A stretch of 53,606 bases of DNA, the filler included, from Bipalium vagum (Eukaryota), in NCBI GenBank assembly GCA_037834085.1. It is 3 parts of 3 records of this genome, joined end to end, with 100 filler letters (N's around TTAATTAATTAA, not from the genome) between each part and the next. Parts side by side here need not be neighbours in the genome. Positions count along the whole stretch, not along the records: positions 1 to 18,373 come from JBBMKC010031071.1; positions 18,474 to 37,837 come from JBBMKC010004291.1; 1 more part is not named here. The stretch is one strand, 5' to 3'. Position 1 is the first letter of the stretch; each line of letters starts with the position of its first letter. The notes beneath the pieces were generated by a model. It was not told the origin of the DNA. It saw only the letters and a program-made list of their open reading frames with translations, and ran no database searches. Position numbers and translations under genes: made by a program. Shown here one piece after another: positions 13,023-24,286 of the stretch.

Positions 13023-16000
13023 GTTTTCATTTACATCAGTAAATTTTAGACTTAGTCTCAAATATGACGGGAAAATAAGCAAATCATGTTCTATGAAATG
13101 AAATTACTTTGCCAAATCGTTCTCTTTTAATATTAGGTTTAATAATAATGCCTTTTTCAGATTCTTCCGAAAGAGATTGAATTGATTGATCAAAATGGTT
13201 AATTGATTCTTCAAGGCGGCCCTTCAAAAGTAATAAAAATAATAAGCACTCATGAATATTTATACCATTTTCCATAATAATTTTCCACGTTCAATAGAAA
13301 ATTCCACAAAGTCATATTTTTCTACATTTAAAAGGCATGCCATGGCTGAGCTAAATTGGCCAGTACTATCAAAAAATTAACAACCTGGTTTTAGAAAAAA
13401 CTAAATAATTACCGACGAGCAATTTTACATCGTTTCAACCATATTTGCCCAATCTCATTCTTGATTGAGTTTAAAGGAAACGTAGGTTTTTCAGAAGGAT
13501 TACCACAAATCCTGTGCTCCTCAGTATCAAGTATAAGTTGAAATAAGTTGTAGTGTAACGTTAACAGACTTTCTTGATTGCTAAAATTAGTCTCACTGAG
13601 TTTATATCGTTGATTGAAAAAATCTGTCAAGTCTTTAGGATTTATTCTTCGAAAATTTTTCCAGGATTTTTTGTCATTCCACACACACAGTACTTTAGAC
13701 GAAAGTATCATTTCAATCTCCGTAAGCATAGCAAATTTAGACAAATCTTTATATATTCTTTCATAATCTCCTCCTTCAATTGACGATGCTTTCAAATTCA
13801 CCAGGGATTTTTTCCACATTGTAACAAGATTCATGTGGGAAAGTTTTGATTTCTAGTAATTTCGAGAAATTCAATAAAATATTTAGCAGGAAATCGATGT
13901 TCTTTTATTTTCGAACCAAAATGACTAGATGATTCTACATTAAAACTTAATAGAGAATTTAATGAAGATCTTTATTCACAGAATTGTTTTTAAACCAATC
14001 TTGATATATACGACTGTCATAAGCACTATACAAAGTGAGCTGTAGATAATTTGTTTTTGACAAAATGAGATTCATAAAAAATTCAATGTGTAAAATTTCA
14101 AATTTTCAACATTTTTCAAAATAAGAATAAAATTTAATTTAATTGCCATTTTATTTTGATTTAAAATTTAACACAAAAAATAATTAAAACTGACTAATGT
14201 AGTACACAGTGCTATAATTTTTCTGATGTCTTAAAAATTTCTATAGAAAAAGGTATACAATAAAATTTTTTCAAAGTTTGAAGTTCAATAAATAATTAAG
14301 TTTTCTTCAGAAATGTGATTAGAATTGTCCAGAAAGTTGAAAAGAGCAATATACTGTTCAAATTCTCTTTTAAACATATATCTTGGTTCTGAAATCTTTT
14401 TCCATTCAAATAATTTTGTAAATGTTTGAATAAATGGAAATCAGTTGGCAATAAATTGGACGAGTACAGTAGATGTGACAGAATTTCATAATTTAGGCTT
14501 AATAGCATTTATCCGTGATTTTCTTTTCTATGGGTGGATGGTAATTGTCATAAAATCGAATTGGGCTTATTCTATTGATCAATATGGGTACATTCTTTTC
14601 AACTTTTCTTGCATAATATCAATTTATAGTCTGTATTTTTCTGTTGTTATCATTTTTCCCTTTTTAGGTAATCGTAATGAATCACTCCTTTTGAACACTA
14701 TCGTACCGTAACAATTATCTTTTTTCGTGCTGACTCAGTTTTGGGAAGACTTGGAACATTCACAAATGTCTAATCACTGTGCTGAACGTTTAATTATAGT
14801 TATATAGCAACCACTTTTCATCACAACTAGTCAGACGATGAAGAAATGGCTCGTTTTTCATCCTCAAAATGAGTTCTAATCATGTCTCATAATGCACCAA
14901 AATGTCCAGCTTCTTTTTCTTACCTATTTGCTTCATATGACTGAAAACGGTCCCAATACTGACATCTAAACTTTTGGCATGTTTTCTTATTGTTGTTCGC
15001 TTATCCTCTTCCACTAGAGCATTTAAATTCTTATCATCAAGTTTGGAAGGACAGCCAATTCGATCCGCATTTTCAAAGGACATATCTCTATTACTTCTGG
15101 TAATGTTGACTGATTTACAGTACCACGTCCCCAAACTTCATTAACTTTTCGAGCAGTTTCAGCTGCTTTGTACGAGTCGAAACTCAAAAATAAATTTTGC
15201 GCAAATCGCGACGACATCTTACATTAAAATGGGAAATTGTAGTCAAATTTTAATTTAAAAGCAAAATAAATTAATACTTTAAAGAGAAAAATATATAGGG
15301 TTTTAAATGCTAATGTTAAATAATTCTTAAATAAATTAGAGTTATTTACAAATTTAATGGATATAAAAGAAAAACGTACAAAACTTTCTGAACAACCTAA
15401 TAAAATAATCTGGTCTGGATATTAAATATATCTTTAAATTTCATTTTATTAAAAATGTCTAAAAAATATTTATTTTAAATTCAACTCTTTGAATTTTAAA
15501 AAGTTACGGCCAATCACAGATCTAATGAAACGATTAACGAAAACACATCTATAACAAGCTCTTTTTGTCATCTTGGTAACGAAACCCAAACTTCATTGAC
15601 ATCATAATTTTAACAAGGTTATTTGTCTGCCATTTCTATAAAATTAACCCCAGACAAACAACTGTATTTTTAGTACAGAGTGAAAAAATCAAATTAGATA
15701 TCTTGGGAGGGGATTATTATCAAATCAATAAATAATAATATTTATTGATTTTATTAATTTTTACTGCCTAAAGACAATTTTTTGCTGCATAAATCCCTTT
15801 ATAACGAAAAAACTTCAATAGTCTAAAAATTTGTTAAATCGATGTTTGACTAGCTATTTTGATAAAAATTATCAATAAAAAAATGAAACTGATACCATTG
15901 TCTTTCAAAAATATATGAAAAGAGAATTGATAGAATTGCCGAATATTTATCAAATGTTTCTAGTGAATTATTTAGCAATATAACAATTTCAGTTCTTTTA

Positions 16001-16968
16001 AAAGTGATTTCAAAAATGGGGAAAATTAAAAAATCTTCTATAAGTTTTCATGAATTTAAGATATTATACCAATTATTTAGATTAACAAAAATTCTTAGGA
16101 AAACTGAATTTTTTTCAATGTTGAAAAATAAAATCTAAACCTGATTCTTGGCCTGACACAAAGATTTAGTAATCGATAAAGTCCAATTGTCATGATTATC
16201 GTCTACCTAAAAATTAAAATATAAACTTAATATAAAACTCTAAAAAATTCAGTGCCACACATATTTAAATAAGGTTTAAAATTTTAAAATTAAGAAAAAA
16301 TCGATAATTTTTATGAAATGTAAATATTGAATTTACAATATCACAAGAACTTTGTTGTTTTACTCGATAATTCTACGATGAATTTTTAAGGAAGAAAGCC
16401 ACTTCTAAACAAATTGGAAATGATAATTAGGATCATGTACAATCTTTTCAGTTCAATAATTTTATGATGTTAAGCAAGAAATGTCAAAAACTTATTCTGA
16501 AAACCAAATTAGTTTTTAAAATCTACACGTTACAGTAGAAATAAGAGCATATCATAAACATGTTTTTTTTCACCAAAGGGTTTTGATGGAATTAATTTAA
16601 GTGACTTACTAAATTCAATGATCGTTCTAAACTTGTCCAATCTCCTAATTTGTAGAGAGCTTCTATCCTAAAATTGTTAATGGATTCATAATGCTGGAAT
16701 GGGAAAGTTGGATCATTCAGACAGCACTGAGTTCTTGCGATAACAGATGGTAAAGCAGAGATATTTAATAGCTGACAGCGAAATATTGAATGATAGATAT
16801 CAATAATATCATTTTGGTATTGTAAATCTTGGTTCTTCATGTTTTGTTCTAAAAGTTGTTGTTCGTAAATCGAGAGTGCCAAATCGTGTTTCTCTTCAAA
16901 CTCCAATTTTAACGTTTGAGCGAATGGCTCCAAATCGGACTTGAAAGTTGATAAATAACCAGAAACCT
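7668..16968 (-). CDS. ATR: Serine/threonine PIKK kinase ATR, 5'-partial (FAT, kinase and FATC exons)
   Basis: Spliced minus-strand exons (e.g. 16610-16968, 16141-16206, 13413-13852) encode [102 protein letters not shown]...HIDFNCLF, VPFRLTRNM, and the FATC end PLSPEGQVNYLIAQAVDNNLLCQMYVGWGSYM*. These are ATR-type motifs. N-terminal HEAT exons are not seen before the contig end. Confidence 0.93.
12961..13020. repeat. (AAT)20 microsatellite in an ATR intron
   Basis: Perfect AAT run; it explains the poly-Leu spurious ORF. Confidence 0.97.
14290..15400 (-). mobile_element. Degenerate mariner transposon in an ATR intron
   Basis: KAAETARKVNEVWG HTH, IGKKKKLDILVH (WVPH-like), TSDEKW catalytic region, YSSNLLPTDFHLFKHLQNYLNGKRF (YSPDLAPSD-like). 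Mariner-type TIR TTAGGTTGTTCAGAAAG plus TA at about 15384-15402. Confidence 0.88.
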
Positions 16969-17239
16969 CTAATAACAAAATAATCCTTCAAAAATATTTA
17001 TTTTGCAAGTCATTTAAAGACTAAAATACTTTTAATAAAGGAAAAGTATTTTGTGGAAAAATATCATAAATGATCCAAAAATGAAAATGTCAATTACAGT
17101 AAGGAAGTACTAGAACTTTTATTATAGTCAATATTTTCTTTATAAAAATATTATAAATTCCGATAATTGAAAATCATACAGGCTGTCCCAAAATTCATTA
17201 GAAATTTGAATATCATATAATTCTATATAATTTTGATAA

Positions 17240-18099
17240 AATTAATTTTTTAAATCGATTAATTCTCCACCAAGCCTTTTTTGCGATATAAATTTGGCAA
17301 TAAAAAATAATCCTCCACCGTCAATAATCCCACATAGCATAATATTGGTTAAATTTAGCCAATTTGAAAAACCTATAAAAAATTCAATTATTGTTTCAAT
17401 TTCTAGTTTGAAGTATTCCTTATAAATTGAAATTTGTTAATAATAAAGATTAATATTTTATAGTTTAATTATGATTTATAATAATTTTTAGGATGCTGAA
17501 CCACGGTCATACGAACGAATTCAAAATAAACGTCATAAGCCATTATCAAAAGGCCAAAAACAAGACAGAAACAGCCAAGAAATTCAAAATTGGTCGAAAA
17601 ACGTTACGAGAATGGTTGGAAAATGAAAATCTAATTCGTAATACCGATCCCAAACAACAACGTCCAGGTGGTGTTGGCCGTATATTAATTTCTGAGGAAC
17701 TAGAAGAACTGGTTTTGAATAAATTCTTGACGAAAGGTTACAAAAAAAGAAAGTTTCGCGAATTATGATTATTGAATGGGCAAATGCCTTTGCTAAAGAT
17801 TTAGAATTTTCAACTTTTAAAGTATCTAAAGAGTTTTATGTTAGGCTTTCTAGAAGAAGGTGAAAAATTATTAATTGCCAAAGATACACAGCTTGGACAA
17901 AAACTTTTGGAAGATCTGATTGAAGATCAAATGGATATAATCTTCATTAGTTCGTCGTCTGATGTATTTAATATAAACAATTGATAATATCTGAATAAAT
18001 TTTGTTTTTTTTATTAACCACTCCAATAATCCCCTACCGGGTATTTTTTGGACTTCGGGAGACTAATCCCCATGGGGAATTAATCGAAGATGTAGAGTA
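17240..18099 (+). mobile_element. pogo-like DNA transposon remnant (HTH + CENP-B DNA-binding region)
   Basis: ORF 17493-17768 FKINVISHYQK..NKTETAKKFKIGRKTLREWL...GR...ELEELV. Partially inverted ends (tcgattaattctcc near 17255; ggggaattaatcga near 18074). Confidence 0.6.
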
Positions 18100-18373
18100 T
18101 ACTAATCAATTCTTAAAGTTTTATTTATAGACATAAAATTCAGGCAAAATGATTTTTTATTTTAATATTTCATTTATTTTCGTATCCATGCTAAATAAGG
18201 AAACCAAAATTCAAAATGGTGATATAAACAACACAATTACAATCAAAACCAAGGTGATGAGTAGAGCTAGGATTTTTAGGTACTGCACTTAAAAACTTTT
18301 TTTTGCACCTATTTCGCTCTTTTTAACGAAATTGCACCTTTTTTGATTGTTTCATTATTTTACAAATTTATTA

Positions 18374-18473
18374 NNNNNNNNNNNNNNNNNNNNNNNNNNN
18401 NNNNNNNNNNNNNNNNNTTAATTAATTAANNNNNNNNNNNNNNNNNNNNNNNNNNNNNNNNNNNNNNNNNNNN
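18374..18473. other. Artificial contig linker N44-TTAATTAATTAA-N44 (stop codons in all six frames)
   Basis: Exactly 100 nt, with a structure identical to the second linker. Confidence 0.97.

Positions 18474-18545
<72 letters not shown>
18474..18545. repeat. (AAT)24 microsatellite at contig start
   Basis: Perfect AAT run abutting the gap; a likely cause of the assembly break. Confidence 0.95.
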
Positions 18546-18546
<1 letters not shown>

Positions 18547-19079
18547 GATTGCAATTCAACATTATATCCTGATCATTAAAAATAAAAAACTTAAAGAGCA
18601 TTCACCAACTTATAATCATATTTACACATGTATATAAAATAAATTCATAGTTCCGCTAATTATATTAATATTAAAGGTTTAGCTAATGACATTCACGAAT
18701 ATTCGGTGTTTAGTTTGATAATTTTGATAATCTTTTTGGTGTTTAAAATATTTTAGAATTGTTTGTTTAGCTTTTGATCTGCAAAGGTTTTTGTTTCATT
18801 ACCACTTTTGTTTTGTTTTTCATTTCTAAAAACAAAATTAAAATTAATTTTTATTATTATCATATATTATATTAAAATATTTTTAAAATATATATTAGCA
18901 ATATAAAAAGTAATAAAAAAAGGGTTACAATATAATTTAAGTTTTTTATTATTTTCAATAAGCAATTTTACTAAGAAATCATGCAAAAATAAGGTTAAAG
19001 AAATAATTGAATTTATAGAAAAATAAAAATCCAATCCCTAAAGAAAGAATAACTTAAAACTATTGCATTTTTTTAAAAA

Positions 19080-19920
19080 GGGAAGTTTAGTCGATAAAAG
19101 ACTAGAAGTTACAGGGGAGCAGTCATTAACGGACCACAGAGATTAAGCCCAATGAATAATTCATCCTTGACAACATAGAGGAACGCTCCAGAAAGAAGAA
19201 TTTTTTCGGAGAATAACCGATACGATTCAGAATGTTAGTCATGCAATCAAAACGGACACATGATCAAAGTATGCTCATTGAAGAAAACCAGAAGATGTTA
19301 CACACGTAACAGGGAAGGACACATTAGAAGATTTTTTACGGAAGTTCATTGTGTATGATGCAACAGAAATGGCCATGAAGAGAAGGACTGTTACATGAAA
19401 ACAGAAAATTTTGAATGAAGAACTCGCTCCAGGAAGCCTGAATTGGCATCTTCATGTCCAGTCCGTATCACCACAAAACCAATAGAGTAATAGAAAGACA
19501 ATTTCGTACAGTTCGAGAATTTTTAAACTCAACAATGAAAGAAATAAAAGTAACCGATTGGGCTAGTATCCTCCCCAAAGTAGAGTTTGTATTAAATGCT
19601 ACGGTGCAGAAGACAATCTGGGTCAGTCCAGCCAAGATCGTGTTGGAAAGAAGAATCAAAAGAGACAGAGGAGACCACTTGAATCGAAAGAAGTCATGGG
19701 AGAATAAGAAGAAAATGACGAAGTACTGGTCATGATCGAAAATAGAACAAAAGACAGTGACAGATTCGAAGGTCCATTAGATCCATATTCCATTCCAGGT
19801 CATAAGAAAAATACACAATCGGAGATTGGAACTACGAAATCAAAAAGGAAAAGTAATTCAAAGAAATGTGGAAAAGATTAAGAAGTTTCTTAAAGGAGGG
19901 GGTGTGAGGATTATTAATAA
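19080..19920 (+). mobile_element. Ty3/Gypsy integrase 3' fragment with polypurine tract and start of the 3' LTR
   Basis: SSPYHHKTNRVIERQFRTVREFL...WASILPKVEFVLNATVQKT..SPA is the integrase E region, followed by RFEGP (GPY/F-like). AAAGGAGGGGG then TGTGAG at about 19892-19908. Confidence 0.82.
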
Positions 19921-19974
19921 TATTAAGAAAATCAATTCAAAATTATTTGTTTTTTAAATAATATGGTTGTCTGC

Positions 19975-20510
19975 AGATAAGTTGTTTTGAATACATTTTG
20001 AAAGCGTGTTTATATTTTATGAAATTACCGAAAACACTTACAGTTATAGATTTACATATATCCTGTTCCTCTAAAAAATTAAACTGGGAATTCTATAACA
20101 GATGTTTTTGATAGAAATTTGATAACTACCAAAGAATATCTAAAACACTTTCGGTTGATAAAAATACAGAATTTTACAAAAAATACATTTGAGGATTTTT
20201 GTGATGAAAATGAAATAGAAATTTATTCATTAGATAATGAAGGGAAAGCTGAGTCATCAAAAGGTTTATAAAACTTTAAAAATTTTACAGAACAAGGAAA
20301 TAAAAATTGATTCGTTTTTTAACTCAATTAATAAACAAAAAATTCATTTCAGCAATTGGTATTGGAAGCCAGTGAAAATCATAAAAAATTAATGGAAGAA
20401 AAACTGAAAAATAAGTATTCTAAAACTTAATATTGGAAATAAAGAATTTTTAAATATAAAAAATAAATTTGAAAAAGAATACACAGCAAAATGGGAAAAT
20501 GAGATATTTA
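19975..20510 (+). mobile_element. Polinton/Maverick-type integrase remnant, interrupted by a DD37E element and continuing at about 21659-21700
   Basis: LTVIDL..PVPLKN*TGNSITDVFD, VDKNTEF, FCDENEIEIYSLDNEGKA and NKFEKEYTAKWENEIF. After the insertion comes INKIY-TNPTVY, matching the Polinton c-integrase C-terminus. Confidence 0.75.
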
Positions 20511-21656
20511 AAGAGTGATCCATATATAGATGCCGCCACTTCTAACAATTGCTATGAAAGATTAGGCTACATAGTAGCTGAAACAAAGACATTTTTGAAA
20601 TCGTATTATATTGATCTTTTTATTGAATAATTTATTTAGTGATAATCCTCTAGATGAAGAGACAGCAACACGAATTTAACGCCAAGGCAATTATTGCTTT
20701 TTTCCAAGAAAATTCACAAAATAAACTGGCTACGATTAATCACTTTCGACAGCAAAATATTAAAGAAAGAACAATCCGAAATGTGACATCACGCTTTCTG
20801 AAGACTGGAATAACAGATTACAAGTCAATACCAGGTCGTAAACCAGTTGTAAACACTCCCAGAACTCAAAGAAAAGCATTGAAGCGTGCGAAAAACAACA
20901 GATCACTATCAGAATTACTGGCAAGAATTACTTCTTTGTTTTGGATGACGAAACATATGTACCACTAGATCCGACGCAAATGCCTGGTAACCAATATTAT
21001 TTGCCGGATGATGAAGCGGAGACATCAGTTGAAGAGCGTGTAGTTCAAATCGGTAAATTTGAAAAAAGGCTTATGATCTAGCAAGCGTTGGCAGAAGATG
21101 GATCTGTTTCAGAGCCGTTTGAGACTAATGGTACTGGTAATGGTGAAATTTATCTAAAAGAATGTATTGAAGCGCCTTTTGCAGTTTTTATAAAAGTTGG
21201 ATGTCTAAAGGCCAATTTTATTTTGGCTTGATCTGGCAACTTCGCATTATTGTAACATTGTGACGGCCAAATTCAGGGAAGAGGGCGTCAACTTTGTTTC
21301 TAAAGAACAGAACCCACCGAATGTGCCACAGTTACGCCCAATTGAAAAGTTTTGAGCAATTTGTAAGCACAGATATCACATGCTGAATAAACCGGTTGAC
21401 AGTATACCAAAAATGAAACGAATCTGGACACGCATCTCTAAGGAAATTGAAGCTATGTCTGGAAAAATCTTGTTTAAAGACTTTCGACAAAAATTACGCA
21501 CTTGTTTTGAAAAAGTATCACTTTCTGTTTAAATTTTGTATAAAAATGTTCTTGAATATAAATGTTATTCATTCTAAAAGTGTACTTATGTTTATGTTTG
21601 CTGATTTACCAAATGTAAAGGTTTAACTACGCGGTATCTATATATGGGCCACTCTA
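20511..21656 (+). mobile_element. ITmD37E (DD37E) Tc1/mariner-superfamily transposon, both ends present but inactivated
   Basis: About 26-bp TIRs (AAGAGTGATCCATATATAGATGCCGC / GCGGTATCTATATATGGGCCACTCTA) flanked by TA. Transposase has LDDETY and FWLDLATSHY...NPPNVPQLRPIE, with exactly 37 residues between D and E, plus stops and frameshifts. Confidence 0.93.
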
Positions 21657-22029
21657 TATTATAAATAAAATTTATTTACAAATCCAACTGTTTATCTAAT
21701 TGTTAGTATTAAAATAAATATTAACCAACTTTCCTGACTCCAAATTACAAAATAATGGTCCCTTCGAATAAAGAATATAGAAATAAAAATCAATTTCTTC
21801 ACAACAAAAGTCACTTTTACAATATAATGTTCAATTCAATCCTTTATTTACCTTTTCCTTTCGTCGTCACCGTCTCTCTGTCATTTTGTTTCTCCTCGCT
21901 TAACTCTAATTTTTTCTCTTTTGATTTACAGTTTAATTTTTTGTTCGATTCTCTTCTGGGTTTTTCTCTGACTGTGGAGAATCTAGTAGTAGCTTATTTA
22001 CTCTCCAGTCTTCCTTTCAATCATTAATC

Positions 22030-23520
22030 ACAACAGGAATATCTTCTCTCTTCTGGCTTTGGATACGCAGAAGTCCGGAGCTTTCAATTATTCAACTCAA
22101 CCCATCCTTAGTCGCCAAATAATAGCAGAATAATTGACTGTGACTGCTCTCAATGCTAAGCCTACAAACTTTCCATCTCTGTGTGGCTCCTTCGCTCCCC
22201 TCATCCATTAGGATAATGACAATCTGGAAGCTCTAATTATTTAGCTTGGTCTAAAAGTATTCGCCAGAGCTTAATTTGGTTTTTTTAAAAAACCGGAATC
22301 CAAATATTGATCTTAAATACAAACAGATCGAATTATAATTCTGTGAGATTTCTTTGTCTAAATCTAATAAAATATCATTCAAATAGATATGATAAAAACT
22401 GAATTTTCAATATTTCTATCAATTTTAGAAATATTTCTTAAATGCCATTACAACGGCGATGATTCATTATTGCGATTGATAATATCGACTGTGCAGTAAG
22501 TTTTTTTGATTTGTTGTTTTCTCTTTATAAAGTAAACCACCAATGAATGATGAAAAAAAATTTTAATAAGTCAGAAAATATTGAACACACCTACTCACAA
22601 ACCTATTTCTTACCAGCATTTAGTGATTTCATTATCGGCTTTTCCTGCTTCCTATCCTTTTCAGGAAATATTTGCAGCAGGGCTTCTTTGGCAGAATTTA
22701 AAATTTCTGTCAAATTAACCATCGGGTCAGTAAGCAGATCGAGCTGGTTAAGCAGGATGGGGTAGATGGATTTTTTCTTTCGCTCCTTGTTTAAACTTTG
22801 CCGTTCCTTCTCAATTTTTCCAAAATTTTGGAGAATGAATTTCTTCATTTCCTCAATATTTGATGCTCTAAATCCGTCAGAGTTTTTGCAGAAATCAACT
22901 GCATATTGGGCAATGAAAAACCCGCAATCTTCATTTCTGATTTGCCGAAGAAAAACTTTTTGGAGGATGCTGGGTCCAGCCTGAGATTTTGTTGGGGACT
23001 ACTGAGATATTTTATGACTTTCGTCAATAAATTTAATATTTCCCACTCACCATCATGACAGTTTCCTGTTGTGGGGTCCAATAGATATGCAGCACCAGAA
23101 GATTTGTTGGCCAAGAAAATCAATCAGTGCTCCGCATTCCAATGACGGGGCAGACTAATTTTTGCCAGTCAAAAAGGCTAGCAAAAGTGAATAGGCGATA
23201 GAATTCTCCCAGTCTGTTATAATCAAGGCTGTGGCCGCTCCGGGTTGAACTTAGAGATTTAACATCCTCTAAGTTGGCCTTGATGAATTCTTCTCTCGCC
23301 TTCCCTTCATGTCATTCCATATTCTTATCCGCTTTCGTATTTACCATTTCTAGTAAAGGGGCGATAAAGGAAGATGGCGTGCTATTGGGTGCATCCTTGT
23401 GTGATTCCAAATGATAGAAGGACATATTTCTATTAAGGATCATCCCACATAGGCACTGATACATGGTATCAGCCTTGAGTTTGAATTGATGTGCGTTAAT
23501 CACGTGTTTATCATGATTAA
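22030..23520 (-). mobile_element. Degenerate N-terminal part of a NeSL-type non-LTR retrotransposon ORF (zinc finger + Ulp1/C48 cysteine protease)
   Basis: CLCG...HLESH zinc-finger-like motif, then LVCPV/NAEH*LIFLANK...YLLDP and QIRNEDCGFFIAQY, giving the Ulp1 His-Asp-Cys triad order across frameshifts. Confidence 0.68.
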
Positions 23521-23689
23521 GGCACCTTTTATTTAGAAATACACTACTAGATCTTCGTTTTTAAATAGGAAATTTTTTAAGAAAAAACAACTTCTTTTAC
23601 ATCTTTAAAAAGCAACATTAGTGGTAATGAAAATTCAATATTTAATATTATGCATAACACTCAGCTCCATATTTTAACATCATTTTAAC

Positions 23690-23849
23690 TACCCTCTTAG
23701 GATCTTAACATTATTATTTTATTATTTCTGACCCTCTTGTGGTCTTAATAATTAATTGATAATAATCAATTAAAACCCTATTGCGGTCTCTACCATATAC
23801 TTTACAAGGGTTGACAAGGATGTGTCCTTGGCTAACCCAACACAATAAT
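23690..23849. repeat. Dispersed structured repeat, copy 1 (three ACCC-N-GGTCT-type units + terminal hairpin)
   Basis: accctcttaggatctt, gaccctcttgtggtctt and aaccctattgcggtctc, then the hairpin gggttgacaagga-tgtg-tccttggctaaccc. Homologous to 38004-38104. Confidence 0.75.
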
Positions 23850-24286
23850 ATTTATGTTAAACAGAATTTCAATGTCAACATCTAATTAAAATATTTGTAT
23901 AGATTTGTATCTTTTTATTTGAAATTGTACAATTAAAAAGTCGACAATTACAATAAAATTATAATTAACATTATTTTCTTTAAATATCTGATCTATAAAA
24001 TAGATTTTATAAAATAACAAAAATAATAAGTTACTTTTTGAAAACTCGATATTAAATCACAATATTTTTTCAACTTATAATAAATAAAAATAACAAGTCT
24101 ATTAAAAACTTTAAAATTTTCAATTTTCTTTTAAATCATAAAAATAATTTCTAAGTTTATCTATATATTATTTTAAAATTTTCAGTCATGTATAATTTTA
24201 TATTGATAAATAATTTTCCTATAATAACAGTATTTGTTTTTAACAATTATTTAAATAGACTCTGGATATCCAATATTTAAATAACT

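Noticed and set aside
12873-13082. Poly-Leu ORF
   Set aside because: Translation of an intronic AAT microsatellite.
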